DNA from: Vicugna vicugna
Taxonomy: Eukaryota
Assembly: GCA_013265495.1 (NCBI GenBank)
Contig: MU058065.1
Coordinates: forward strand, 5,826,302 to 5,890,301
Direction: 5' to 3'
DNA length: 64,000 nucleotides
Shown one piece after another: positions 10,835-23,251 of this stretch. The translations under genes were made by a program, and so were the position numbers. Positions within the stretch are counted from its first letter, which is position 1; every line of letters begins with the position of its first letter. The notes under the pieces are model-generated. The model searched no databases, was not told the DNA's origin, and saw only the letters and a program-made list of their open reading frames with translations.

Positions 10835-11597
10835 CTATGTCCCAGATCAAGGAGAACAGTGACCAGTGCCAACAGCTGGGCCCGCCTTAGGCAGCACCCT
10901 CTACCCACAGAGCTCAGGTTGGGTCCTAGCTCAGCACAGGCTTCTCCTTCCCCTTAAAGCACATCTGATACCAGTTAGCAACTGCATCTTCCTTCTTCCC
11001 CCTGACATCTGGGACAGCCCTGCTTGGACTCTCACTTGCTGTGGGATCTCAGGCAAGTCATATAACCTCTCTGAATCTAGGTTCCCTGTGGTGTCAAATA
11101 GGGATAACACTCCTCTTGCCCACCCTGTGAAGTATCTAGAAGGATCAAGGTGGAGCAGTGTTTTGTTGACTGTTTATAGAACTTCTTGCCCCTATTTGAG
11201 AATGACCCAGAAGGTCTATGACACATAATAATTTGTCATTTTGCTGAGGTTTGGGTCCTAACAGTGCAGACTGGGAGGCTGGTATATATAGGACATGGTC
11301 ACCCTGCTAGGGGCAGTGACAAAGCCAACCACCCAGCCTCCTTACCTCGATATTTTTGAAACTCCTAGAACACTGCCAGGCACACATTAAGTGCTATGTA
11401 AATTTAAGATAAAAAAATGTTGGTTTTCACACATATGCCTCCAGACTCCATTCTAAAGAATTTATAAGACATCTTCAGAACTCCCAATTGTCAATGGGAC
11501 CACTATGTAAAGTGTAAGTCATGTTGCTAATTGGCTGTTACAATGATCAGTCATTCAGGCCGTGTGTCCCCCACCCGCCCAGCCTGCCCTAGGATAC

Positions 11598-11798
11598 AGC
11601 TCAGTGACAATGACCAGTCCCCGGCGCCTCTCGAAGGCCTCGTGGAAGTAGAGGACGCAGTCATGCTGGAGTCGGGCCAGCAGCCGGGCCTCCCGCCACG
11701 CTGATGCCTTTGGCTTGGCCTGACTGGGGATGAACTTGGCTGCAAACTCCAGGCCAGAGCTACGCTCCACCACACGCCGCAGGTAGGAGAAAGCACCC
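11598..11798 (-). CDS. SPEG: SPEG exon 22 (kinase 1 Gly loop, VAIK lysine, alphaC)
   Basis: [40 protein letters not shown]...GLVIVTEL; donor gtatcc; 201 nt. Confidence 0.96.
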
Positions 11799-11898
11799 CT
11801 GGGTGAGGACACAGGGAGAGGATGGGGATCAGACACTGCTGAGACTTAGATGCAGCCTCTCTCAGCCCCCGGACACAGCACCTGCCCCAGCCCCACAC

Positions 11899-11995
11899 CT
11901 GCCAATCTCCTGGTGGATGTCATAGAAGTCGCTGAGCCTCCTTCCTCGCTGCTCCTCGTCTTCCCCGACCCCCTCCACCTCCATAGCTGTCTGAG
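11899..11995 (-). CDS. SPEG: SPEG exon 21 (start of kinase 1)
   Basis: [31 protein letters not shown]; 97 nt. Confidence 0.95.
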
Positions 11996-12217
11996 CTGAG
12001 AAAGAGATGCCTGGTGTTAGGTGGGGAGGGCAGGAAGGAACGAGAGCATAGACTGGCCCAGGCAGGGCAGACAGAAGACACAGAAGAGAAGCAAGAATGT
12101 TGGGGGCCCGAGGCAGCGGTGCTGGGGCTGGAGGATGTGGTGGTCAGGAGTGAAGGGCCAGGTTGGGAGCTCACATCAGATTCCTGGGTGAGCACTTTGC
12201 CTTGAACTCCAGCCCAC

Positions 12218-12386
12218 CTGAGTGCACAGCCAACTCTGCTTTGCAGGAGACTTCACCAGCCAGGTTTCGGGCAGTGCAGGTGTAGACACCTCCGTCCTGG
12301 GCCCCCGCGCTGAGCACCACCAGGGAGCACTCATTCTCCTCGTACACGAAGCTCACGTGGTTGCTCTCTGTCAGCAGCACCTCATC
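12218..12386 (-). CDS. SPEG: SPEG exon 20
   Basis: [56 protein letters not shown]; 169 nt. Confidence 0.96.
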
Positions 12387-12788
12387 CTGCAGAGGTGGCT
12401 GTCACCTCCAGTCCAGGCCTGGCTTCACCTCCACCTGGGACTCAGCTGGAGCTCCATGCCAGAGACCCAGTCTCACCCCTACCGCAGGTCCCAGTTATCT
12501 CCACCCTAGGGGCCTTGCTCAGACCCAGAATAGGTTCCACCCTTATTTCTCATGAATAGTTCTGCAACCCCTCTTCCCACCCTGCCATGGTCCTCTGGTT
12601 CCTCAAACCCTTGCCAGTGTCACCAGCACCTCTGGGTGCCACTTCCTCCTCCTAACCACACCTCTGGTAGCTCCTTTGCTATTCTCTGTCCTGGCTCCCC
12701 TGATCCCTCCCACAGCCCCAGGAAATCCCTCCTCCCTTCCCCCTAGGCTCTTGGCCAGCCCCAAGCTAGGACTCCATCAGCCTCTGAC

Positions 12789-12901
12789 CTTGTACCACAT
12801 GATGTCCGGCAGTGGTTTCCCCTCAACCACCACAGCAAAGCGAGCAGTTTCTCCAGCCCCTACCTCCACATCCTCCATGATGGACTCAAATCGAGGGGCC
12901 T
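12789..12901 (-). CDS. SPEG: SPEG exon 19
   Basis: [37 protein letters not shown]; 113 nt. Confidence 0.96.
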
Positions 12902-14919
12902 CTGAAACACACAGGATTTAGGGTGGGGAAGGGAGGGGGACAGAACGTTGGGGTCACAAGGGCCTGCCTCCTCAGTCCTTCTCTAAACCCTCCCTAAGCA
13001 ACTGGCTCAGCCATAACACCAGACAACCCCCCACCTCCCAGAGCCCCAGCATCCCACCCTGGGACTCTCAGACTCGGCCCCGGGAACATGAGAGTTCCTT
13101 GCCTGGACCAAGTGCTCTCTCTACAAATCCAAATGTGATGTTCTCCAAATCTCAGAAAACCCAAGCCAGGGAATGCAGGCTTGCTTTGTTTGGATCTCAG
13201 TATTTTTGCCAGCTTCGAAATTAGGAGATTTTTACACACAAAAGAAATCTGGATTTCCTGCCTCTCTTGGAAAATCAGGACTGGCTGTCCTGAGCTGCCT
13301 CCCTCACTGCATTAATGCGCTGGTGAGGAGTGGCCGGACACTGCCCCCTGTGGGTGGCTGCCCTTCTGCACAGTCCGACTGCGGGCTTCTCTGACTTTAC
13401 CTGTCCTGGGCCTTGCAGGTGGCTCAGTCTGTGACCCTGAATCAAGTTCACGGATGGCATTGCCTCTATCTTGAAGTTTTCTCCCTGAATCTTATTTAAA
13501 TATTTAAGGGGACTTCTACGATCTGGGAGCTGGCAAGATGAATAACCGGGTACCGATTCTCGGTTTAGTTCTCCCACATGCGACTGATTTTATTCTCTAC
13601 ACATATCATGCATTTGTGGTATTTCCTGGTAAGGCAGTTTCTAATTCTCATGATGGAATTAAATACATATTCCAACGTGCTTGTGCTTTTCGGAGAAGCC
13701 TGTGACGTTCTGGTGCCCTCCCCCAGCATGTTTGAGGATCCTGGCTTTAAGGGGAGTGAGAGAGATAGGCACTCAGGGAAAAGCTGGGCAGGGAGCACCT
13801 CATGTCCAAGCACATAGCTCAACTTTTATGCAGATAAAGGGGGAGGTCATCCTGGGAGCAGGGAAGATGCATCAGTGGGGCAGGTGTGGAGGAAAGAGGC
13901 CATTCTACCTGCCTGTGGGAGAGGGGGTGGGGCACAGCAGGAGGGGGTGCAGATCCAAGCCCCAGGCCTGCTCTAGCCCTGGCCAGCTGGGTCAGGGTTT
14001 CCCTCAGTTACTGTCCCAGCCAGGCCCGCTGCAGGGCTCTTGGTGGCCAGGGCCTCCCCAAACCTTGAGTCTCCTCCTATATCTGGGAAGAAAGATGAGT
14101 CCTGGAGGTGGTACTGTCAAGGAGCAAAGTGATGGCTGAGTAGGAAGTGCTGGGGTGGGGTAGGGGGAAGCTAGGCAAAGGGGAAGACACATAAAAGGGA
14201 AACCAGAGGCCCAGATCACCTGCAGCCCCTCCCTACCCACCCTCCACAGAGGGGCCAGTAGGGTCCCCGTTATCTCCTCCTCACACACTCTACTGCCACC
14301 TCTCTTCTAGTTTAAAGCTGCCTGCCCTGCTCTCTAGGAATCTGGTCCTAGTCTGCTGGGGGTGGGGAGTGGGTGTGGGTGGGGGCAGTGGCAGGGGTCA
14401 GACTATGAAGGTCAAAGGATCAGAAGGTTTTAAGCCAACTTCAATGACTTTTTTTAAAGCACCAGAAAATGTACATTTACCCCATGATACGATGGCCTGT
14501 GTTAACTAAAATGTCACTTCCTTTGCATTTGGTTGGAACCTTATCTACTCAGCAGGTAACACTGTTTAGCTCATGCTGATCCGAAGTTCTGAGTGGCAGT
14601 TACATATGTCTAGAGTTAATTAACAAACCAGCAAACAAGACAATTACTACTTAATGCATGCTACGGCCTGAGAGACTGTATCTTGAAAGGAGAAATTATT
14701 AAATTATTAAATTATTATTATTAATCCTCACTGCAAAGATGGGGAGGCTCGCCAAAGAGGCTTATGCAAAAAGGCAACAGCCAGGATCCCTAGAGCTGAG
14801 AGTCTGGTGATAAGATGAGCTCACTTGGGCCTTTTTCTTTTTTAAGTTGACTTGGACCCTCTCCCGGCTTGTTATACTTGAGGTTCTACTTTCTGTTGTG
14901 TTTAACGCAGGAGCTAACA

Positions 14920-15178
14920 GCATAGTCTGGCTTTGGAGTAGGGCACCTAGCCTTGAATCCCAGCTCCTGACTGATTAGGTTATGTGACCTTGGGCCTATT
15001 ACTTAGCACAATCTCTGAGCCTCGGTTTCCCCATCTGTAAAATGGGGATAATAACCGACTCCATCTTCCAGGGTTGACAGAAATGTTAAATGAGGTGATA
15101 AATGTAAGCTAATTAGCACTGAGCCTGGCACATACTAGGTGTTCAATAAATATCTTTATTAGTACTATTACTGTTATT
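14920..15178 (+). mobile_element. MIR SINE (representative; about a dozen more MIR fragments occur, e.g. ~3970-4140, 7880-8010, 18960-19130, 21340-21490, 47710-47860, 48400-48620)
   Basis: tgtgaccttggg...ctctgagcctcggtttccccatctgtaaaatggggataata core. Confidence 0.75.
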
Positions 15179-15326
15179 GTGGCTAGGACTGGTATTATTG
15201 TGGCCATTAAATGGCCCCTGAGAGGGGAGACCTAGGCCTGGCAGGTGGGTGTGCATCCCTCGGGGTATGAGGAGAAGGCTGTGGGCCTCAGAGGGAGGAG
15301 AGGGAAGGAGGCCGGCTGTCACCCAC

Positions 15327-15502
15327 CTGCCAGCTCCAGTGTGACTGAGCAGGCCTGTGTGCCGTGGCGGTTGCGGGCAGTGCAGGTAAGGGCCCCCATA
15401 TCCCGGCGGCTCACCCGGCAGATCCGAAGACAGTACTGGTCGTCATCTGGCTGGCTCAGTTCGTACACACCAGCCCGGGCCTCTAGGAGGGCCCCTCGGC
15501 AG
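15327..15502 (-). CDS. SPEG: SPEG exon 18
   Basis: [58 protein letters not shown]; 176 nt. Confidence 0.96.
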
Positions 15503-15603
15503 CTAAGGGACACACGACAGGGAGGTCACGCAGGATCCAGACCTGGTCACCTGGAGCTGGGCTGCCTCATGTGAGGCACAGGGCATGCAAGGCAGAGCCC
15601 CAC

Positions 15604-15727
15604 CTCCTCCAGACGACCTGGGCCTCCACATGGTTGAAGGTGACGGTGACACTGGCAGGCTGTCCCTCCACCACATACACGATGTCTGGCTTGTCCAGCA
15701 CGGCGGGTGCCTCCTCCAGGGGCGGGC
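15604..15727 (-). CDS. SPEG: SPEG exon 17
   Basis: [40 protein letters not shown]; 124 nt. Confidence 0.95.
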
Positions 15728-16130
15728 CTGGGAGGAGGAGGGCTGGCTTTATGCTGGGTTTGACGCCAGATCTTCAGCACCCACTGCTCTTTGAACCCTC
15801 CCAATCACCATGCAAACTCCATTTTTCAGATGATGAAGCTGAGGTTCAGAGGTGTTTAGCAACTTGTCTAGGGGAACACAGCCAGTAGGCAGCAGAGCTG
15901 GGATTGGACCTCCAGCTGGTCTGACTTAGAGCTTCAGCCTTGTCCACTGCATGCGCTATTTCCGGAGTGGGAAGGAAGCACTCTGACGAGTAGGGGTCAC
16001 AGCCAGCCATCCCATTCCCACCGTAGTTTTCATGTCCAAATCAGCCCTGGAATCTCCTCCATGGACACCCAGTTCCCTGGCCTAGCAGCTCTTGCCCCCA
16101 CCTCCACCCCACAGGAACCCCCCGACTCAC

Positions 16131-16337
16131 CGTGTTCCAGCAGCTGCACTGGCTCAGAGGGGGGCGAGGGCTTGCTGCTGCTCTTGATGGTGGTGCTGAG
16201 GACCCGGAAGATGTGCTGGATCCCTTTACGCAGACCCATGGCCGCCCACCCGGGTTCCCGCAGGCCCGAGGCCAGCGCTGTCCACTGGTCCGAGCCCAGC
16301 ACCTGGTGCTGCACAGTGTAGGTCAGGGCATCTGGGT
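16131..16337 (-). CDS. SPEG: SPEG exon 16 (FN3)
   Basis: [30 protein letters not shown]...[10 protein letters not shown]; 207 nt. Confidence 0.96.
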
Positions 16338-16953
16338 CTGGGGGGAAGGCAGCTGCTAGAGATGGGCCTTGCTGGGGTGCCCTCTGTCCCTATTCAGCTG
16401 ACTTGGGAACCAGGAACTCATCATCATTCTGCTCTGAGGACCTGCCTCAGCTTCTCCTGTTGCTTCTGCCTGTCCCCCATCTGCTCCTGCCCAACCACAG
16501 GCCTGGCCAGGCTCAGAGCCAATGAGGTGTAAGGTGTGGGGTCCAGTTACAGGCATGGGGGGAGCTTGACTTAATCCCAATTCCTTGCTGCTACCTGAGG
16601 TAGGGAGAAGCACAGAGCAGGAATAGATGCCCAGGGAAGGAGAGGGGTTTCCCAGGATCACAACCCAAGCACCCACTCCCTTTGAGAAGAGAAGGGAATG
16701 TGGCAGCCTCCACTTTGTCTCCTCTCCTGACCTGGAGCCGGAGCTTCACCCACCATGGAGAAGGGACCAGCAAAGCCCCTCCTGGCCATGCTCCCAGTGC
16801 TCCATCTATTCCCACCCCTCACCTGTATGCCCCTATGCCCCTGTGCCCTGCTGGGCCTTGCTCTCCCTTCCTGCCCACCCTCGGTTCCCTTGGCTAAGAC
16901 TGCCCTGTCCACGCCCCCATCCCTACCCACATCCCTGTGTGGTCCAGACCCAC

Positions 16954-17058
16954 CAATGGCCATGTCCAGACTCCTGGGGGGGTTCCACATGAGTTTGATC
17001 ATCCTCCCAGTCACAGCCACCACTTGCGGGGCACCATCTGGGGGGCCTGGAACCACAT
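16954..17058 (-). CDS. SPEG: SPEG exon 15 (FN3 start)
   Basis: [34 protein letters not shown]; 105 nt. Confidence 0.95.
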
Positions 17059-17300
17059 CTGAAAGCCACACATAGAATGTCTGCTGGGTTTTAGGGCCCC
17101 ATGGCCCCGCAGGACCACCAAGCTTTGGGGCAATGGGCTGGGGGCTGGGGACATGGTCATAGGGGCAGAGGCAAGGCCAGATGGCTCCCCAGGGGACCAA
17201 GGGGAAGGGAGCTGGTGTGGAAGCCACTCCCTTGCCCAGCGTGTGGGCAGGCCAGAGGCTGGGCTGTGGATGCACCTGACCAGGAGGGTACCTGCCTCAC

Positions 17301-17420
17301 CTGTGACATAGAGGTGGGCATAGCAGGCAGCTTTGCCCAGCTTGTTGGCGATGACGCTCTTGTAGACACCGGCATGCTGAGGTCCCACAGCAGGAAACAC
17401 TAAGCGATGGACATCCCTGT
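17301..17420 (-). CDS. SPEG: SPEG exon 14
   Basis: [39 protein letters not shown]; 120 nt. Confidence 0.96.
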
Positions 17421-19884
17421 CTGGGGGGGAGGGACAATGACATTGTCCTGAGCTAGGGGCATACTCTGGGGGATGGGTCCATGCCACCCAGGCCTGGCCA
17501 TCCACCCCCACTTGCTACAAGGAGCAGAGCAGACACAAGAAGGGTGTCCATCATGCAGCAAACTCTAGGTCCGGGCTGCCAAGTCCACACCTACAGCCCT
17601 GGCCCCTCTTGCCTGTCCCTCTAGCACTTCAGACTCAGTGACTTCTCATCTTCCTCCCATACCAATTCACCCTCTGCAGGTTCCTACCCCATTGACTGCC
17701 CCTCATCTCCGCATCTCTCAGGGTTCATGACCTCCATGTCCAAGTTCTGACAAGACTTTGTGCCCAAGTGCCTTCTTCTCCATCCCCAAGGCCACTGGCC
17801 ATGAAAGCTTCCACCAGTGTGGTCTGCATTGCATGTTACCTCTTGATCTGGAAACCTCAATGGCACCTACTGCCAATCAGGTGGCATCCAAAGCCTTCGG
17901 CCCAAACTCCCACCGAGCCACGTCTCCTGCTATTCCTCCACATTCTGACCCTGACCTGCCATCAGGTCCCTGAACAAGCCACATGAGTTCCCACTCCAGG
18001 TCTTTGCTCACAAAATTCTTCCCTTCTGGAATGTTCTTCTCTTACCTAAGGCTTCCTTTTCCTTCAAGTTGCAGTTCAAGTGAGTGCCAGTCCTGGGAAG
18101 CTTCCTGTCTGTGCCCCTGGTCCCCTCTATACCTCCATCTCTGACTCCCTCCCCAGGACATCCAGCACCCAGCCCAGACTGCTTTGGGTGGTCCTTCCTT
18201 TTTTCTTGCACGTATCATGCCTTCTGCAAGCTCCTTAAAGACAGCTGATTTGTCCTGCCAAGCCCAGAACCTGACGCCTTGCATACAGTTAAGTGCCAAG
18301 TACATTAGATTATAAATTACAAGAAGAGTTGTCTGCACTATGGCTAGACCATGCCAGATACTTCACATGCATTTTTTTCTCCATAAGCCTTTCAACAACC
18401 CTGCAAAATTATCCTCATTTTACCAGTGAGGTCAGAGACATTAACAGACTTGTCCAAGGTCATACCACTAATAAATGATGATGCTACAGCCTGAACTTGC
18501 TTCCCTCTGACTCTGAAGCTGTCTCCCTACCCTGTGCTCCCTGCATGATGGTAAGGAGGCCATCCCCGGGGGGATGTGAAGGGGAAGAGACCTGCACTGT
18601 CCTCCTTCCTTGACATCAGGGCCATCCCCAAACACCCCTCCCTCCTCTTAGCGATTATCTCTGCATGGAACAATCACTGGTTCATTTATCTCTGCTGACA
18701 CTATTTATACGGGAAGAGAAGCCCAGGGCTGCCACTGACCCCAGATACAGACAGAAGCAGAGACGCCAGCTCAGATCCTGAGACAGACACCCACCCGGGG
18801 CCTCAGGGCAGAATGATAGACAGGAAGCCTGTGGGCTGAGCAAAGACAGCCATGGAAGGGGTTGAGGGGAGGGTCACAGCCACGGTGGTGACACAGGAGA
18901 TGGGAGGGGAGAGTGAGGCATGGGCAAAAGGGGACGTCCTGGTCAGGAGGTGGACACCAGAGTCACGCCATTCCTGTCTGCCTTTGGGCAAGTCACTGAC
19001 CCTCTATAAGCCTCAGTTCCCCAATCTGGAAACAGGGATAATAGCACCTGCCTCACAGGTCTGTGGTGAGGAAGGTGAGATCATCCCTGTCAGGCCTCAA
19101 GCACCCAGGGCCCGGCACTCAGGAAGGGCTTAGTAAAGGTGAGTTTTGTCACACTGCAGCCAGAAGAGGAGCCCATCACAGGTCACGGGGTGGCACTGCT
19201 GGTGGGGAGGAGGTAGACCTTCTCACAGGAGACTCAGATTCCCTCAAGGGTGGAACTAAGATACTCCGTGAGAAAACATCCTAGGCTGAGAGGACATGGT
19301 CCCAAATACGTTCCTAGGTATTTTCCCCACTCTTTCTTCTTTATTTGCCTTTTACCAACCCCGGACCAAGCATCCATTTGATACCAGACACTGCCCACAC
19401 TGGGCTTTTCACTAGAATTTCTCCAGGAGGGTGTGAGCAGCAGCGCTTTATCAACAAGGATGCTGATGGTGGCAACAACCGCAGTACCCGTAAGAGTAAC
19501 ACTTATCGACCCCTTGTTATTGGCCAGGCCCTGCCCTAAGTGCTTTCCATGCATTCACTGATTCAATTCTCACCACAAGCCTACCACAGATGAGGGAACT
19601 GAGGCACAGAGGGGTCCTGTAACTTGCCCGCAGTCAGTAGCAGGCTGTACTGCCCATCCAGTAAATGCTAACAGGCCACCAAGGCCCAGACTGGTGACCC
19701 AGCTGACGGGTGCTGTGTGAGCTCAAGGGCTCAAGGAAGGAGGCAGTGGCCTCATAGCCTCTCTGCGCTCCCCTCTCCCAGGCACAATGAAGACTGCAAA
19801 GCAAGACCCAAAGGTGGGAGAGGGAACTGCAAGCAAAAAGGGTGCTGGAGGGGACACCCCTAGGGTCCCCTCCTGGACACGTAC

Positions 19885-20108
19885 ACTGTGTCATGCGCCG
19901 GTCATCGCTGCTCTGGATGCGGTGGCCATTGTGGAACCAGGTGATGGTGGGGTAGGGCAGGCCGGTCACTTGGCACTCCAGCATGGCCTCCTTGGCCAGT
20001 CCCACATCCAGGTCCTGCAGTGGCCGCAGGAAGTCAGGCATGGACAGCCGCTCCAGCTCGCCCTGCTCGGGTTCCTCGGGGATGGATGGCATCTTCTCCA
20101 GCTTCGAG
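19885..20108 (-). CDS. SPEG: SPEG exon 13
   Basis: [47 protein letters not shown]...DDRRMTQ; 224 nt. Confidence 0.96.
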
Positions 20109-20214
20109 CTGGAAGAAGTACACAGCTGCCCAGAGGCCCAGAGCCGCACCTCCCACCACAGGGCCGGGGCACCACAGAAGCACCCCTGGCAGCCCCAGGG
20201 ACCCCAGGCAGTAC

Positions 20215-20404
20215 CTAGGGCCAGTGGCCGCCGTCCGCGGCTCCTCCACATAGAGCTGGGCTGAGCAGTGGGCCTGGCCGTGGCTGTTGGTGGCGCTGAC
20301 CTCATAGAGCCCTTCGTCCTCGCTGCCCACGTGGGCAATGTGCAGTGAGTGCAGGCCCCCGTCCTGCCGAAGCCGCAAGTTCTCACTCTCCTCCACGGGG
20401 CGGC
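20215..20404 (-). CDS. SPEG: SPEG exon 12
   Basis: [62 protein letters not shown]; 190 nt. Confidence 0.96.
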
Positions 20405-20506
20405 CTGGGCAGGGAGGGGCAGGAGGACAGAGCAGCCTCAGCTGGGGACCCCGCCCTCTGGCCCTTGGGGGGGATCCCCAAACATCTACAGGGTGGAGAG
20501 CCATAC

Positions 20507-20665
20507 CAAAATGAGCCCAGGTCACAGAGGGGGGCGGGGTGCCGCTGATCTTGCAGTCGAAGCGGGCTGCGCGGCCCTCCAGCACCTCCATGTCCTCCAG
20601 GAGCCGTGTGAACAGGGGCGCCAGTGAGGGCCGCACCGTCAGCCGGGCACTGCAGGTCAGCTCAT
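20507..20665 (-). CDS. SPEG: SPEG exon 11
   Basis: [52 protein letters not shown]; 159 nt. Confidence 0.96.
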
Positions 20666-21747
20666 CTGGTGGGGAGGGGTCAGCAATGGGGTGGGGAACA
20701 CCATGCCCCAGGCACCCCAACTCAAGGGTCCTGCTCTCATACTGGGCAGGAAAAAGAAGCTGGGCCAGAAGCCGGAGCCTGGGCAGAGCCCAGCAACATT
20801 CCAGGGCACCAGAGCAGGGCGAGATCTAAAGACTGGACCATCTCAGGAGGGTGAGGGTTATCAAGGGTGGGTGGAAGGCTGCCACGGGGCCTGGGGATAT
20901 GACATGAGTCCAGGGCCCGGCCTGACTCTCCTCTCCTCATCTCATCCTGCCAAGCTCAGCTCTAAGGCTGAGCTTAGGGCCCACTCCCTCCCCCACACCC
21001 CTTTCCCTGACCCTTAGAACTCTCCTCTGCCCACCCTGGTCATGCCCACACTCCCTCACCCCGACTCCAGACCCAGAGTAAATGCCCCTTTGCCCCACTC
21101 GACCACCCTACAAAGAATCTTCTGGGGGAAATAATGGCCCCTTATGCTGACCTGACTGTTCCTGCTTACAGGGATCACCTTTAGGTGCCCATCACCACAA
21201 CTGGGTGAGGCACTATCCCAGCTCTTCAAATGAGGACGGGGCCAGGTCAGAGACGTCATTAATAATGACAATGGCGGAGATTTATTAGCTGCCACCCTTT
21301 GCCAGGTCTGTGCTTTGTTCTGTACATACATTAGTCCTCATTAGTCCCACCCATCCCCCTAGGAGGTAGGTATTATCATGATCCCTTTTTATAGATGAAT
21401 AGTCTGAAGCTCAGAGAGATGAAGTGACTTGTCCAAAGTCACATGCTGGTATGTGGCAGGACAAGAACTGGAACCCAAGTCCAGGTGTGGCTGGTATACT
21501 TCAGTAACTGGCTCCGACAGGAAAAACAGCGAACATTCATACAGAACATGCTGAGTCAGGTGCTACTTCAAACGCTGGTGTTATCCAAGCAAGTGTGCTG
21601 CACTATCTCCCACCCCACTGCTCTTCTCCCAGGAGGCAGAGCCCCGTTTTCTCGGTGTCTTATTCTGCACCCAGCTCCTCCACCTCCACTCCCCTCCCTC
21701 CAGTACCTGGGCGCCATGGCAGCCCTCGGGCCCCAGTGGGCAGTTAC

Positions 21748-22008
21748 CTTTGGCCGTGCTGAGCTTGCAGGTGTAGACGCCACTGTCGTCCTCATGCACA
21801 GAGGTGAGGAGCAGCTTGCATTTCCGGCCATCGAAATGCATCTTGCATTTGAGTAGCGCAGGCTGCAGCAGGCGGCCTCGGCACAGCCAGTCTACCTCCA
21901 CGTCGGCAGGACCCGCCACCAGGCACTCAAACAGCGCCATCTCCCCGGCCCCCACGTCCACGTCCTGCAGGGGGGCCAGCACGGCCAGGGACCGGCTTTC
22001 AGGGTGTG
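21748..22008 (-). CDS. SPEG: SPEG exon 10 (Ig4)
   Basis: [30 protein letters not shown]...[13 protein letters not shown]; 261 nt. Confidence 0.96.
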
Positions 22009-22342
22009 CTGGGGGTGGGGAAGCGGCCACAGAGGGCACGCATGGAGCAGAGAAACATGGGGCAAGGGAAACACACACACACACACACAGAGAGACAGAC
22101 AGACACAGAGAAGAGAGATGCATTTTGTTCCTTTGGAGACAGGGAAAGCCCGCCCACCCAGCAGGCCAAGACAGCAAGGAGCTCCCAGGCCTGGCTTCAG
22201 GATGGCAATCCCACATGGGCCAAAAGGGTGAACTCAGAGGAAGCGGGAGGGAATCAAGGGCATGAATACTGAGAAGGCCACATAAGGGCAGAGACGGCGG
22301 CGGAAAAAAAAACACAGCACACCAGCTGGGTACAAACTGGAC

Positions 22343-22348
22343 TTTATT
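22343..22348 (-). terminator. Poly(A) signal AATAAA of short SPEG isoforms (APEG-1/BPEG)
   Basis: tttatt on + strand ~790 nt after the TGA, in intron 9 of the long isoform. Confidence 0.75.
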
Positions 22349-23134
22349 TGAACTAAGAAACAGGTATTTCCGAGTATTTCCACACCCACTGCAGCCGGCC
22401 CCTACTCCTGTACCAAGCCTGGCTAACACCCTCATTCCCAGACAGAGCATCCCCAACTCTGACAGTGAACAAGGGAGCCCCAAACGGGCCCTAAGCCTGC
22501 CCAGGGCCAGGATTCAGCCAGGCCTCCTCAGCACAGGGCCCAGAGGCCTCTGGCTTTTGGTCTCTTGTGAAATAAAGTGTTGTGCCACTTGAAACCCGTT
22601 TCTGGAATGATCAGTGATCTGCCCCCACCAGGAGCCCCCTGTCTACAGCCCCCTGTCCCTCTGGGCCCCTCTGTCCTACAGATGCCATGCCCTGTCCTCT
22701 CCCCCTCTGCCTCACCCCACATCAGCTCAGAGGCATCCTTCCCTGACTGTCACAGACACACAGACAGACAAACGGAAAGACAGACAGGGCCTGTAGAAGC
22801 AGTAGCACATGCACTCGCTGGGTGCTCCCCTTTGGGGAGAGACTGGGGGTTGGTTTTGATACCCCTCATGGCTGCCCCTTTCTGGCACTCAGTCCGTGTG
22901 GGGGCTCCCAGCCTGCCCAGCCATATGTCCACTTGGGGAGTGAGGGGTCCATGGGGTCTCATAGGCTATCCCAGGACGCTGAATGGGTAGGGAGGGGAGG
23001 GGAGGCTGGGACAGGGTCCGGGCCGGCAGGGTCTGTGGGCAGGAGGCAGTGAAACACAGCGAGGTCCGAGAGGTGCCTGAGACAGGGGCGCGGCTCGGAG
23101 GGTAGCGGCGGGGAGCGCAGGCGGCCCCCTGAGC

Positions 23135-23142
23135 TCACTCGC
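23135..23142 (-). CDS. SPEG: Alternative terminal exon coding part (APEG-1/BPEG C-terminus G-E-stop)
   Basis: acacag|GC GAG TGA. ATG 25901 plus exons 7-9 plus this exon gives 69+89+176+8 = 342 nt = 113 aa + stop, the known APEG-1 length. Confidence 0.9.
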
Positions 23143-23187
23143 CTGTGTACAGACAAAAACCTCAGTCAGCAAGCGGCAGGTTAGTGC

Positions 23188-23251
23188 AGCACACACACAC
23201 GCACACGCACACGCACACACACAGGCACGCACAGGCACGCACGGGCACGCA
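23188..23251. repeat. (CA)/(CACG)/(GGCACGCAC) repeat, UG-rich on the SPEG sense strand
   Basis: Direct reading; abuts branch point CACTAAC at 23180-23186. Confidence 0.9.

Noticed and set aside
11991-12000. Tandem CTCAG CTCAG at the exon 21 acceptor
   Set aside because: The alternative AG is 5 nt away and frameshifting; no evidence of use.
13480-14780. AT-rich intronic patches resembling ancient LINE (L4/RTE-like) remnants; similar at ~24880-25190
   Set aside because: I cannot assign family or boundaries by eye; needs a Dfam/RepeatMasker search.
18280-19650. Oppositely oriented MIRs in intron 13 as a hairpin or circRNA driver
   Set aside because: Old, diverged copies within one intron that do not bracket an exon.
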